Below are positions 10,073-20,615 of a stretch of DNA of 38,620 bases, in pieces (within the stretch, counting starts at the first letter, position 1; the number at the start of each line of letters is the position of its first letter). A program made the translations under genes and the position numbers. This DNA is from Candidatus Moranbacteria bacterium GW2011_GWE1_49_15 (GTDB taxonomy: Bacteria; Patescibacteriota; Minisyncoccia; Moranbacterales; GWC2-37-73): assembly GCA_001003855.1 (NCBI GenBank), contig LCPX01000002.1, positions 1 to 38,620 on the forward strand. The letters run 5' to 3'. Below the pieces are notes generated by a model. That model searched no databases. It worked only from the letters and a program-made list of their open reading frames with translations, and was not told the DNA's origin.

Positions 10073-12751
10073 ATGGAGGAAGGACCGAGAAAAATTCCAG
10101 TCAGAATCGAAGATGAAGAATCGAAGAAACCCGAAGAAAGAGTTTTTTCAAACGCTCCTGTCATCAAGGGCGCTAATTTGCATAGGCTTTTGGAGCTCAG
10201 TAAGTCTCTGCCGAAAGGACCGGATAATCCGTCTTTGGAAAACGGGCCGACAGGGAAGCCTGTAAGCAAGGTGGCGTTCCCGATGGAGCCCCAGCAGGGA
10301 ACTGTTGAGCGTGTTGCGAAAAATTTGGGAGCGGCAGCGGCTGCCGACATGGAAAATATCCAAGCGAAGGAAAGGAGTTATCTCCGTGCCAGGAACGAAG
10401 TGGGGAACATGCTTACCAGCATAAGGAAATCCCTTGAGGGCCTGTCTTTCGAGGAAGTGGACCAAAGGAAATGGGGATTTAAAATCGATACGGCCCAAAT
10501 AAACATGGACGGACTCGATGAGGATCAAAAAAAGGAGCTCGCGTCCTATGTGGAGAAACTGAACAAGGTCGAGATACCCAAGTTTTTTCCGGAAAAACCG
10601 AAAGTCCCGAGGGTCCGCAAAAGGAAGGTTCTCGGAGAGGAATGGCGGAAAAATGAAAAAAAGGGGGATTTGAACGAGCGGAAGTCTTATGTCGATACCA
10701 TAGTGAAAGGACAGCTGGATAAGTTGGAAGATGTGATTTCCGGAAAAAAGAAGGCGACTAGGATGTTGCTAAAGACCACAGGGGGCATAAACATCCAGAC
10801 GAAATTGCTATCGGTTGCCGACAGGGAGAAGTTGGAGCTTTATATCAAAGAAAAAAAGGAACTTATTTTGACGAAAAAGAGGATAGTGGAAGACATCCTC
10901 GGGAAAAAACTGAAATCCAAGAAGAATGGTTTTGCGGAAAAGATAGCCTCCGAGATCAACGAAGCCAAGGAAAAATTCGACGCTTTGTATGATGAAAAAT
11001 TCGGCAAACTGAAAACTGCTTTCGAAAGCGGCGCGATTGATGCGCAAAAACAAGACGAGTCACAGTCGATGCTGGGCGATATCGCGAACGGATATACGGC
11101 TTTTATTGTGAGCGCCGAAGGTAAACGTTCCGATAAGTCGGTCTTGGCCAGGATTTCGGAATTTTATGCTGAATTAGGCTCGTTGGATTTTGATTTCGCT
11201 CCGGTAGCTGTCGTGGGCAGCGGAGCCGCGGAGGCGGTGCCCGCCACCCCGGCCCAGGGCGCGCCAGAAGAGGAGCCGTTGGAGACTAGAAACGAAGAGG
11301 CACTGGAAAAGAGAATCGAGGAGCTCCACTTGCTGATTAAGGATGCGCTGGACAAGCATATCGACATGGGCAGGGGCCTAGAGGAGATTGAAAAAACGAA
11401 TCCGGTTTTGGGGGGTTATATCAAAAAAGAACTCGGCTTGTTGGAAGAAAACATCAGGCGGTGGCATAAGGAAATCAAGCAAGGGGAAATTTCATTGGCC
11501 CAAGCGGAAGATTCTTTGGTTATTGATTTGGAGGACGAGGTTTCGGAGCCGGGGGAGCGGCAGGCGGGTGACGCCGGTCCTGGAACTGTGGTCACGGAAA
11601 AGTTGCAGCTGGAAAGCGACGCGCGGTTAAACAGAGACAGGGACAGGCTCGATAATTCGAGAAGGATGTTGGTGGAAAACTTCGTTGAAAAGTTCAAGAA
11701 ATACAAGGCTATCGGTCGCGGTTTGGGCATGAAAAACGACGTATTCGAGCGGATCATGGAAGATTATGACGACAGGGATAAAGGTTTCAGGGTATATTAC
11801 CGGGACGACTTGGACGTTTTCAAGAAAGCGGCGAATAGTCTTGAAGCCGCGGACGGTTCGCTTGAAAGCGGTATGGATATTTTCCTGGAAAAAGAAGTCA
11901 GCGAGATAACCGGCCAATTGCAAGAAGGTTTTTCCGGATATGCGGTTGACGCCGATGAATTGGCGGACAAATTCACGGGATATCTTTTCGCCGATATCGC
12001 CGTGGAAAAAAGAAACGGTGCAGAAGAGCCGGAGTTCCGGGAGGTCATTGTTATGGAGCCGGCCGGAATGGAGAATGAGGCTGACATGAAAGGCAATGAG
12101 AGCGAGTCCTTCAAGACTGTCGAAATAAAAGAGGGACCATTGGAAGACGTTGAGAAATTCATTACCGTCAGAAGACATGTCTTGGACAAGCTGCATCCGG
12201 AACTCAAAAATTGGAAAACGATCGACGTGGCCAGGAAGATGCTGGATAATTTCACCCACGACAATCCGAGCGAGGATTTTTCCCAGGGCATGATATCGGG
12301 AGATAGGATTTTGATAGATCTTGAGTCGTTGCATATATTCCCCCTGAATCCGGGCGAGGGAAAAAGGATATATCTGGAAAGATATAAGGGAGAAGAAATG
12401 AGCAATGAACAGTGGAAGGATCTTCCCGATGCCGTCAGGATAGAAATCCTTTCCTATGGAGAGGACGATTTCGGAGGAACGGTCAGGGAATTGCAATCCG
12501 ATTTGGCCGGGCTGTCGAACATCAGGGTCGGAACCGTATGGCAAAAATGGAGGGAGATAAAAGACTCGACTTATGGGGTGGCTTGCGATAAATTCGGCAT
12601 GAAAGTCGGGCTGGACGCCCTTGTCGGCAGGTATGCGGACGTTTTGGATCCGGATACCGTGAAGCCGCAACCCCAGGAAAGCTTGAGGCTCTGGAGCGGC
12701 AAAGTCGCCAATTTGATTTTGAAGCTCAAAAGCGGTAGCAGGAAGCGATAA
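10073..12751 (+). CDS. Large hypothetical charged, helical protein (about 890 aa)
   Basis: Long open frame, E/K-rich, no TM or recognisable motif; ATG 10073 chosen because it lies downstream of the promoter. Confidence 0.8.
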   Translation: MEEGPRKIPVRIEDEESKKPEERVFSNAPVIKGANLHRLLELSKSLPKGPDNPSLENGPTGKPVSKVAFPMEPQQGTVERVAKNLGAAAAADMENIQAKERSYLRARNEVGNMLTSIRKSLEGLSFEEVDQRKWGFKIDTAQINMDGLDEDQKKELASYVEKLNKVEIPKFFPEKPKVPRVRKRKVLGEEWRKNEKKGDLNERKSYVDTIVKGQLDKLEDVISGKKKATRMLLKTTGGINIQTKLLSVADREKLELYIKEKKELILTKKRIVEDILGKKLKSKKNGFAEKIASEINEAKEKFDALYDEKFGKLKTAFESGAIDAQKQDESQSMLGDIANGYTAFIVSAEGKRSDKSVLARISEFYAELGSLDFDFAPVAVVGSGAAEAVPATPAQGAPEEEPLETRNEEALEKRIEELHLLIKDALDKHIDMGRGLEEIEKTNPVLGGYIKKELGLLEENIRRWHKEIKQGEISLAQAEDSLVIDLEDEVSEPGERQAGDAGPGTVVTEKLQLESDARLNRDRDRLDNSRRMLVENFVEKFKKYKAIGRGLGMKNDVFERIMEDYDDRDKGFRVYYRDDLDVFKKAANSLEAADGSLESGMDIFLEKEVSEITGQLQEGFSGYAVDADELADKFTGYLFADIAVEKRNGAEEPEFREVIVMEPAGMENEADMKGNESESFKTVEIKEGPLEDVEKFITVRRHVLDKLHPELKNWKTIDVARKMLDNFTHDNPSEDFSQGMISGDRILIDLESLHIFPLNPGEGKRIYLERYKGEEMSNEQWKDLPDAVRIEILSYGEDDFGGTVRELQSDLAGLSNIRVGTVWQKWREIKDSTYGVACDKFGMKVGLDALVGRYADVLDPDTVKPQPQESLRLWSGKVANLILKLKSGSRKR

Positions 12752-12795
12752 CTTCGGATATAATGGAACATATAAACAAGTAAGTTGAAATAATT

Positions 12796-13245
12796 ATGGA
12801 ACCCATAAAGTCAAATCTGGAGCCGATCGATGAGAAAGATCTCGATCTTCGGGAAAAATTGAAAGGTGGAGAGGTGGGGGTCGGAGAATTCGGTGCGGAA
12901 GAAGAGGTTTTCAAAGTCGAGAAGGAAGTTTCCCAGGAAAAGGCGGTAGCCGAAAAGGACAATGCGTATTCCCAGATCATGTCCAAGTTGCAAGATAACG
13001 GTACCGGATCCGATATCGACGCTTCCGTCGTTTCGGACGATGCCCAAAAAGTATCTGAAAAAACCGATGCCGATTCCCAGATCCAGCATCTTGTCGATAT
13101 CGCCATGACCAAGGGGGTCGTGCATGCGGTGAAGGTCGCAAAACACATAGATGACAATTACGTGCTCGATACCTTCCATGACAAACTTATGGCCGAGGGA
13201 TTGCATGATGCCCTTGTCGAAAAGGGGCTATTGAAAAACATGTAG
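12796..13245 (+). CDS. Hypothetical protein (acidic N-terminus, compact helical C-terminus)
   Basis: 149-aa ORF in an operon-like position before the ATPase gene. Confidence 0.8.
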   Translation: MEPIKSNLEPIDEKDLDLREKLKGGEVGVGEFGAEEEVFKVEKEVSQEKAVAEKDNAYSQIMSKLQDNGTGSDIDASVVSDDAQKVSEKTDADSQIQHLVDIAMTKGVVHAVKVAKHIDDNYVLDTFHDKLMAEGLHDALVEKGLLKNM

Positions 13246-13346
13246 GTCGGTTTTCCGATAAAATAAAAACAGATATAAAAAACAACCTTTTTGCGTCCTT
13301 GTGGCAACTGTCCGTCACAAGGAGTCATCAGGAGTGAAAATAAAAA

Positions 13347-15809
13347 ATGTTCGAAATAGACCTCAATATAATCCTGATCCCGTTGGTCGCGGTTTTGGCC
13401 GCACTTACCCTGGTGGCCGGAGCCCTTTTGGTTCTCCGCAGTTTTTTCAATTTCCGCGCACAGATAAACAGATCGGTGAATATGGATCTTGAGATAATAA
13501 AGATCGCCAAGTCTTTCAAAAGCGGACAGGAGCAGGACAACCCGGAAGGCTGGAAGGAGGAAATAGGAGCCATGGAACAACTCTTAATGACGCTGGCCAA
13601 CCTCAAGGAAAAGAGCTCCTTTTTTGGCAAGCTTGTTTATGGTCAGCCCCACGTGACTTTGGAGTTGGCCCAGCCGGCCAACAGCGAGGAGATCTTATTC
13701 TACATGGCCATACCTAAAAAGTTCAGGGAAAGCATCGAGAAACAGGTGCATAGTTATTTTCCGGAGGCTTCAATCGAGAAGGTTACCGATTATACGATTT
13801 TTTCTCCGGGAAGTTATACGGCGGCCGCGGTCTTGGGGCTCAAAAACAGCTATGCTTTGCCGGTCATGACGTATGAGGATATGAATGTCGATCCTTTGAA
13901 CGAGATTTCCAATGCTTTAAGTAAGTTGCATGATTTCGAGGAGGGAGGAGTGATCCAATTGGTTTTGCGTCCGGCCGGAACCAGTTGGAGAAGACGCGGG
14001 AGGGATATAGCGCACAAAATGCAGCAAGGGAAAAGGCTTAAGGATGCCAGCGGAGATTCTTTTATTCTTGATGCCGGCAAGGAAACTATCAGGATATTGC
14101 AAAATAAGCAGAGCGACCAATCTTATGGGAGCGGGGATTCGGTGCAATTGACGCCTGAGGAGCAGGAACTCGTCAAAGATATTGAGAGGAAATCAGGCAA
14201 AGTCGGTTTCCGGGTCAATATCCGCATCTTGGCTTCAGCCAAAACCCAACAAAGGGCGGATGACATACTTTCCCATTTGGAAAATTCTTTTTCGCAATTC
14301 GAAAGCGCGGAATCCAATCATTTCGTCATTAAAACCAGGACCAAGAATAAGCAGGTCGCTTTCGATTATATATTCAGGAATTTCAATCCGGACAATTCCA
14401 TGATCCTCAGTACGGAGGAGATAGCCAGCATTTTCCATTTCCCGATTTCCACGACCGCGACCCCGAAAATCAAATGGCTGAAAGCCGGGGCGGCCCCGCC
14501 GCCGCTCAACATCCCCAAGGAGGGACTGCTTTTGGGGTATAATGATTATCGCGGCGTGAAAACGGATATCAGGATGACGGACACCGACAGGCGCCGACAT
14601 TTATACACTATAGGTCAGACCGGAGCCGGAAAATCGAATTTCCTCCAGGAATTGGCCAAGCAGGATGCGAAAAACGGCAAGGGATTCTGCTTCATCGACC
14701 CGCACGGGGATGCGATCGAGGATATTTTGACCGCTATTCCGAAGGAGCGGGCGGAGGACGTGATAGTATTCGATCCGTCCGACATGGAGAGACCTTTCGG
14801 TCTCAATATGCTTGAATATGATCCGGCCAATCCCCAGCAAAAGACTTTTGTGATAAACGAAATGATAGGCATCTTCGACCAGTTATACGACCTCAAGGCG
14901 ACGGGAGGGCCTATGTTCGAGCAATACGTCAGGAACGCCATGCTTCTTATCATGGAAGACCCGGACTCCGGTTCAACTTTGATGGAGATTTCCAAAGTGT
15001 TGGCTGACGAGGATTTCAGAAGGATGAAGCTTTCCAAATGCACCAATCCGGTAGTCCGCGATTTCTGGATCAAGGAGGCTGAGAAAGCCGGAGGGGAAGC
15101 TGCGCTTGCCAACATGGTCCCGTATATCACGTCGAAGCTCACGACCTTCATCTCCAACGACATGATGCGTCCGATCATCGCCCAGCAGAAAAGCACGCTC
15201 AATTTCCGCGAAATCATGGATAATGGCAAGATTTTGCTGGTGAAGCTCTCCAAGGGAAAAATCGGCGAGATCAACGCGCATTTGCTCGGTATGGTGATCG
15301 TCGGAAAGATTTTGATGAACGCACTGGGGAGGGTGGATATGCCGGAGGAAGAGCGCAGGGATTTTTATCTGTATTTGGATGAGTTTCAAAACGTCACCAC
15401 GGATTCCATTTCCCAGATCCTTTCCGAGGCCAGGAAATATCGCTTGTGCTTGGTTATCGCGCACCAATTTATCGGGCAACTCAGCGAGCCCATATCCAAG
15501 GCGGTGTTCGGCAACGTCGGTTCCATGTGCGCCTTCCGCGTAGGTCCGGAAGACGGGGAATTTCTGGAAAAACAGTTCGAGCCCATATTCAAAGCCAATG
15601 ATCTTGTTAACGTGGACAACTACAACTGCTTTACGCGCATGCTGGTGAACAACGAGCTTTCGAAACCTTTCAGTATGAAAACCTATCCTCCGACGGCCGG
15701 GGACCAGAAAGTGGCGAATTACCTTAAGGAGCTTTCCAGGTTGAAATACGGAAGGGATTCCCGCATCGTGAACAGGGAAATCATGGAAAGGACGAAGTTC
15801 GCCGAATAA
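13347..15809 (+). CDS. VirD4/TraG/TrwB-like (HerA-FtsK superfamily) membrane-anchored ATPase
   Basis: N-terminal TM, Walker A GQTGAGKS, FIDPHGD, Walker B LYLDEFQN, SEARKYRLCLVIAHQ. Confidence 0.88.
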   Translation: MFEIDLNIILIPLVAVLAALTLVAGALLVLRSFFNFRAQINRSVNMDLEIIKIAKSFKSGQEQDNPEGWKEEIGAMEQLLMTLANLKEKSSFFGKLVYGQPHVTLELAQPANSEEILFYMAIPKKFRESIEKQVHSYFPEASIEKVTDYTIFSPGSYTAAAVLGLKNSYALPVMTYEDMNVDPLNEISNALSKLHDFEEGGVIQLVLRPAGTSWRRRGRDIAHKMQQGKRLKDASGDSFILDAGKETIRILQNKQSDQSYGSGDSVQLTPEEQELVKDIERKSGKVGFRVNIRILASAKTQQRADDILSHLENSFSQFESAESNHFVIKTRTKNKQVAFDYIFRNFNPDNSMILSTEEIASIFHFPISTTATPKIKWLKAGAAPPPLNIPKEGLLLGYNDYRGVKTDIRMTDTDRRRHLYTIGQTGAGKSNFLQELAKQDAKNGKGFCFIDPHGDAIEDILTAIPKERAEDVIVFDPSDMERPFGLNMLEYDPANPQQKTFVINEMIGIFDQLYDLKATGGPMFEQYVRNAMLLIMEDPDSGSTLMEISKVLADEDFRRMKLSKCTNPVVRDFWIKEAEKAGGEAALANMVPYITSKLTTFISNDMMRPIIAQQKSTLNFREIMDNGKILLVKLSKGKIGEINAHLLGMVIVGKILMNALGRVDMPEEERRDFYLYLDEFQNVTTDSISQILSEARKYRLCLVIAHQFIGQLSEPISKAVFGNVGSMCAFRVGPEDGEFLEKQFEPIFKANDLVNVDNYNCFTRMLVNNELSKPFSMKTYPPTAGDQKVANYLKELSRLKYGRDSRIVNREIMERTKFAE

Positions 15810-15881
15810 GGAGGATAGGAATGGGTTGTTGCGGCTGACGCCGAAGATTTTCCGGGCCGCCCCCATCTTTGCTTGAGAAAT

Positions 15882-15910
15882 AAAAACCACCCTTTGTCGG
15901 GTGGTTTTTT
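15882..15910. terminator. Bidirectional intrinsic terminator
   Basis: AAAAACCACCC-loop-GGGTGGTTTTTT. Confidence 0.8.
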
Positions 15911-15947
15911 GCGTGTTCCGATGTCGGCGCGCGGCGACGGATTGTCG

Positions 15948-18227
15948 CTATTGGATATTCATAGCGTTTATCTCATCGGAAGTGATTATGTAAGCTTTTT
16001 TGTCGGTTTCGTTGATGGAGAAACCCGTAGCATCGCTTACGGATTCGTTATGGTATTGCTTAAGAAGCTTCCCTTCTTTGTCGAATTTTATTATCCTGGA
16101 ATTTCCGATATCCATGACGTAGATCCCTTCGGCGGTTATGTCCGTATGGACCTTGTTGAAGTTGACCGGAGTGGTGGAGTTTTCCATGGTGAAATCCACG
16201 ATCTCCCCTCTGAAAAGTTTCCTGAGTCCGGTCTTGTCAGCTAGAAATACGTTGTCATCGATGGCCATGTCGCTCACGGATGACGCGTCCAAAGGTTTTT
16301 TCACCCAGTCAGTTTTCTCCCCGAAGCCGCCTTCGGCGCGCGGATATCGGTATATCTGATTGTTCTTTTTATCCAGAAGGTAGAGGTAAGTCAGATAGGT
16401 AGAGGCTTGGCTTATCTGGGCGCCCTGGGGAATCACGATGGAATTATCCTTGAAATCCAAAGAGACGGGACTGAATGAAACCACTTTTTCCCGGTCAGTC
16501 AGGATGAAAATGAGATTCAAGTCTTTCATGTAGGCGGTGATCCTGCCCGATCCGTACTCCTCAAGCCAGGTGAATTCCTTGGTTTCGTTTTCCTTGATCA
16601 GGGTTACGGTTCTGTCCGTCACCGCATAAAGGTCGCTTTCCAAAGGGAACGAACCGATGACTCCGCTCAGCGAACTTATTTTTTCCACCTGCTCAACGAA
16701 GGCGATATTTCTCTCATTCAAATATTTTTCTTCGTTTTGGTCCGGTGATTCCGTGGTTGGAATGGTGTCTATGGAGGCGGCCTCCTTCTTTTTAAAGTCT
16801 ATTTTTGAGAAAAACAGGGGCAATATTATCAGGGCGAGTATTATTGATACGGTTGAGATTTTCTGTTTGGGCGTAAATCCGGCAAAGAGACGATTCGCCT
16901 TGCTTGCGTCCGGAAGCACGGTCCTCAGTTTCTCCAAGGTGTGTCCGTTCGGCAATAGTTCGGGAATTTTTCCAACCAGCGGTTTCAAATTGGCGATACC
17001 CTCGGAAACGCTCTTTTTGACCGGTATTCCAAGTTTGGATATTTTGGAGACGTTTTTGCGCGGCGAAGGTTGGAATTCCTTTTCATATTGCTCGATTATG
17101 TTTTCCAACGATTCTTCCGGTATCATTTCGGGGGCATCCGGCTTCTTGCGACCCCGGTATTTTTTGCCAAGTCCGTCCTTCAACGAGGAGAATTTACCGG
17201 CGTAGTTGTAGGATGCCGCGGAAGAAAGGGTCTTCTTGGTTTTTTTCCAGGCGGAAAATGCCTGTTTTTTGAAGAAGTCTTTGGTCGCGAACATCGAGTT
17301 ATACATGACCTCTTTGACCATTTGCGCCTGCTCCTGCAACGCCCCGGAATCCTCTTTTTCTTCGTTGTCCCCCTGGATGTATATGTGGCCGGTCTTCTTG
17401 TCGACGTATTCCTTTTCCTGTTCCGGGTCCTCGGTCTCCGGTTTTGCTTCAACGAGCGGGGCTGTCCATTTTTTCTTTTTTGAGAAGGCAGTCTCACTAA
17501 AAACGCTGATAGTGGCGGTTTCCTCTTTTTGTTTTATCGGTTCCTTGCGGACGGTTTTTTTCTCCGGTTCGTCTATGTCGACGATCAATGTTCCGGCCAT
17601 GTCCAGTTCGTTGGTAAGCGCCGTTTTTATGAATTGTATGAATTTGTCCTTGTCGAACCTGGCGACGTTCTTTTTAAGGTCGGAAAGGGAAAGGATATGG
17701 AAAAGGTCTTCGGAAGTGATTATGAGCTTGTCTCCTTTTTCCAGGCGGCCGCTGGAGACGTTCGTGAAAGTTTTCAGCGGATGCGGATCCGGCGAGTCCG
17801 GCGCCAGGTCTTCTGTCACGTCCGTGAGGACCGTGTTCCTATTGAGGAGTATCTTGGCCTTTCCCGTGACGCTGAAATGGATGCTGTTTTTTTCGATAAC
17901 GCAGATAGCGGAGTCTATTTTTCCGAGCCAGTTTATGTTGCCATGCTTGGCCAGTTCGGAAAGGGCCAAATTTACCTTATGCAGGGCGGCGTCGAAGCTG
18001 TCCTGAACCGAGCGCTTGGGATTCAGATAATACTCCTTTTTAACTACGGAGTTGAGGAAATTGACCACGTAGGCGGAATCCTCGCTGTAATCCCTTATTT
18101 CGAAAAATCCCACCAAACTGCCCAAGGGCTGCTGGCTGATATTTTCCGGCTGATAGCTGAAGAGCTCTATATAAGGCTTCAGGTTTGAGTTATTGACTAC
18201 CAAAATAGGGAAAATGCTCTTTTCCAT
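15948..18227 (-). CDS. Membrane protein with degenerate PP2C-like N-terminal domain and C-terminal beta-propeller-like domain
   Basis: SSGRLEKGDKLIITSEDL resembles PP2C/SpoIIE; one TM (ISTVSIILALIILPLFF); NHL-like YLYLLDKKNNQIYRY and IYVMDIGNSRIIKFD. The start could also be 18266. Confidence 0.7.
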   Translation of the reverse strand: MEKSIFPILVVNNSNLKPYIELFSYQPENISQQPLGSLVGFFEIRDYSEDSAYVVNFLNSVVKKEYYLNPKRSVQDSFDAALHKVNLALSELAKHGNINWLGKIDSAICVIEKNSIHFSVTGKAKILLNRNTVLTDVTEDLAPDSPDPHPLKTFTNVSSGRLEKGDKLIITSEDLFHILSLSDLKKNVARFDKDKFIQFIKTALTNELDMAGTLIVDIDEPEKKTVRKEPIKQKEETATISVFSETAFSKKKKWTAPLVEAKPETEDPEQEKEYVDKKTGHIYIQGDNEEKEDSGALQEQAQMVKEVMYNSMFATKDFFKKQAFSAWKKTKKTLSSAASYNYAGKFSSLKDGLGKKYRGRKKPDAPEMIPEESLENIIEQYEKEFQPSPRKNVSKISKLGIPVKKSVSEGIANLKPLVGKIPELLPNGHTLEKLRTVLPDASKANRLFAGFTPKQKISTVSIILALIILPLFFSKIDFKKKEAASIDTIPTTESPDQNEEKYLNERNIAFVEQVEKISSLSGVIGSFPLESDLYAVTDRTVTLIKENETKEFTWLEEYGSGRITAYMKDLNLIFILTDREKVVSFSPVSLDFKDNSIVIPQGAQISQASTYLTYLYLLDKKNNQIYRYPRAEGGFGEKTDWVKKPLDASSVSDMAIDDNVFLADKTGLRKLFRGEIVDFTMENSTTPVNFNKVHTDITAEGIYVMDIGNSRIIKFDKEGKLLKQYHNESVSDATGFSINETDKKAYIITSDEINAMNIQ

Positions 18228-18452
18228 GTCTGTATTTTTTATTTTGTCATTGTTTTCCAGGGGCATATCTCTGAATATTATAACACATAACCTTCCGGAA
18301 ACGTCCCCCTGTTTTCTTTCTTGATTATACATCAACACTCCTTCAAGTCCAAGGAAGTGATGGGATGTTTACTTTTTGGCCCTCGGAAGCTATAATGGCA
18401 ATTAGACATGTCCGAAAAGGGCGAAATTCTAATATTTTTTAAAGAAAATGCT

Positions 18453-19058
18453 ATGTCTGAAATTCTAGAGACGTTATTCGGTTCCAGAGCGAAAACGAGA
18501 TTGCTGAGATTTTTCCTGCTGAATCCCGAAGGGGAGTATTCCGTGATGGAAATCGCCCAGAAAAACATGCTTACTAACGCGCAGGTCAGAAAGGAGCTCA
18601 ATTCTTTGAAAAAGATAAAGTTCGTCATAGAGAAGAGCAAGAAAAACCAGAAACATTACATATTGAACAGGAATTTCCATTTCTATCCGGAGCTTAAAGG
18701 ATTGATAGCCAAATCCAATATCTATCCGCAATGCAAGAGCCTCGGTAAGATAAAGGGGATCGGTGACGTAAAGCTGGCTCTTATAAGCGGGATATTCCTC
18801 AACCATCCGAAAAGCAAGGTTGATATGATATTGGTGATCAACAACACCAGCCGGGGCAAGCTCAAGAACGTCATGAATAATCTTGAGGCGGAAGTGGGGA
18901 AGGAAGTCAGTTTCGTCCTTATGAACAGTGAAGAATTCAAATATAGGTTGGATATGCTGGACAGGTTCCTGATGGATTTCTTGGAAGGGCCATATGACGA
19001 AATCGTGAACAAGATCCCCGGACTCAAGAGGTTCGTGGCAGGCATAAAAAAATATTAA
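18453..19058 (+). CDS. Winged-helix domain fused to a nucleotidyltransferase-like domain
   Basis: LFGSRAKTRLLRFF...VRKELNSLKKIKFV (wHTH); LISGIF...SKVDMILV (NTase-like). Confidence 0.65.
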   Translation: MSEILETLFGSRAKTRLLRFFLLNPEGEYSVMEIAQKNMLTNAQVRKELNSLKKIKFVIEKSKKNQKHYILNRNFHFYPELKGLIAKSNIYPQCKSLGKIKGIGDVKLALISGIFLNHPKSKVDMILVINNTSRGKLKNVMNNLEAEVGKEVSFVLMNSEEFKYRLDMLDRFLMDFLEGPYDEIVNKIPGLKRFVAGIKKY

Positions 19059-19073
19059 TCTTTCTCGCGCACT

Positions 19074-20198
19074 ATGCTTTTGAACATAATCCTATCGGTG
19101 CTGGTCCTTGTCATTCTCGGTTTCGCTTGGGTCGTTTTCGAAATGAAAAGGAAAATGGAGCAGAGCGCGGATAACCGTGAAGAGCGCGATAGGATAGTGG
19201 CGATGCAGGAGTCACTGAGGCATATCGTCGAAGAAAACCGGGAGCTTCGCAAGGAAATAGACTCGAAACTTTCCCAAACCCACCGTGCCGGACAGGATCA
19301 GATGTCCCAAACCATCCGTACGGTACAGGGAATCACGGAACAGTCCGCCAAGCTCATCAGCAACGTCACTGAAAAACTTACCAAGCTCGATGAGACCAAT
19401 AGGCAGGTGGTCAATTTTTCCGCCCAACTTCAGAACCTCCAGGATATACTGAAGAATCCGAAGCAAAGGGGCGTTTTGGGCGAGTATTTTTTGGAAGAGA
19501 CTCTCAAGAATGTGCTCGGTCCGAAATCATACCAGATGCAATATAAATTGGGCAAAAGCGAAAAAACCGAACAGGATCTGATCGTGGACGCGGTCGTTTT
19601 CGTCAAAGACAAGATAGTGCCCATAGATTCGAAGTTTTCTTTGGAAAATTATGAAAGGATCCTGAATTCCACGGATAGTGGGGAGCGGGAGAGATTCGAG
19701 AAGTTGTTCAAGCAGGACTTGAAGAACCGCATAGACGAGACTTCGAAATATATCCGCCCCGAAATGGGAACGATGGATTTCGCTTTCATGTTCATACCTT
19801 CGGAAGCGATTTATTATGACTTGTTGGTGAACAAGGTGGGTATGGGACAGGTGAATACGCGGGATCTGATCGAGTATGCTTTTCAGGAAAAGAAGGTTAT
19901 CATAGTGTCCCCGACCTCCTTCTTGGCTTATCTGCAAACGGTCCTCCAGGGCCTGCGGGCCTTCCAGATAGAGGAAAGCGCCAAGGAGATCAGGACTAAC
20001 GTGGGCAAGCTCCAGCAGCACATCTCCAAATACGACGAGTACTTCAAGAAAATAGGGAACAGTTTGGGAACCACCGTGAACCATTACAATAACGCCCATA
20101 AGGAATTTGAAAAAATAGACAAGGACGTCGCAAGGATAACGGAGACTGAAAAGGTGATCGAGCCGCTCGCGCTGGAAAGGCCGCAGGAAAGCATGTGA
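19074..20198 (+). CDS. rmuC: DNA recombination protein RmuC
   Basis: TM plus coiled coil; NPKQRGVLGEYFLE, IDSKFSL, MDFAFMFIPSE, IVSPTSF. Confidence 0.93.
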   Translation: MLLNIILSVLVLVILGFAWVVFEMKRKMEQSADNREERDRIVAMQESLRHIVEENRELRKEIDSKLSQTHRAGQDQMSQTIRTVQGITEQSAKLISNVTEKLTKLDETNRQVVNFSAQLQNLQDILKNPKQRGVLGEYFLEETLKNVLGPKSYQMQYKLGKSEKTEQDLIVDAVVFVKDKIVPIDSKFSLENYERILNSTDSGERERFEKLFKQDLKNRIDETSKYIRPEMGTMDFAFMFIPSEAIYYDLLVNKVGMGQVNTRDLIEYAFQEKKVIIVSPTSFLAYLQTVLQGLRAFQIEESAKEIRTNVGKLQQHISKYDEYFKKIGNSLGTTVNHYNNAHKEFEKIDKDVARITETEKVIEPLALERPQESM

Positions 20199-20248
20199 TT
20201 CGCGGTTTCGGGCCAAGGGCATAATCCGGACAGTTTATTGAGCTGAAA

Positions 20249-20614
20249 ATGAAGATGAAATCTTTCATGGCGCAGGAATTTTTCAAAAACGCTATCATCC
20301 AATGGGTCATGATAGTGTCTTTGCTTTTGAACGGGGCTTGCTGGGGCGTCCTTATATTTTTCATCAGGTCGGTTGATTTTCCTATCATATTGCACTATAA
20401 TGTATACTTCGGAGTGGATATCATCGGGGATTGGTGGCAAGCGTATTTCCTACCCCTGATAGCCCTTTCCGTGATGGCTGTGAACGTGCTATTGGCCCAT
20501 TTTTTCTATAAAAACGAGGAGAGGGTCATATCCTACCTGTTGCTGTTGGCTTCGCTGATTGTGCAGATAAGCGCTGCGATAGCCATTGGCGCGATAATAA
20601 GAATAAATTACTGA
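20249..20614 (+). CDS. Small membrane protein (3 TM)
   Basis: Hydrophobic helices, PIILHYNVYFGVD loop. Confidence 0.75.
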   Translation: MKMKSFMAQEFFKNAIIQWVMIVSLLLNGACWGVLIFFIRSVDFPIILHYNVYFGVDIIGDWWQAYFLPLIALSVMAVNVLLAHFFYKNEERVISYLLLLASLIVQISAAIAIGAIIRINY

Positions 20615-20615
20615 A

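Noticed and set aside
13347-15809. Conjugative element / ICE
   Set aside because: No relaxase, mating-pair genes, integrase or flanking direct repeats seen.
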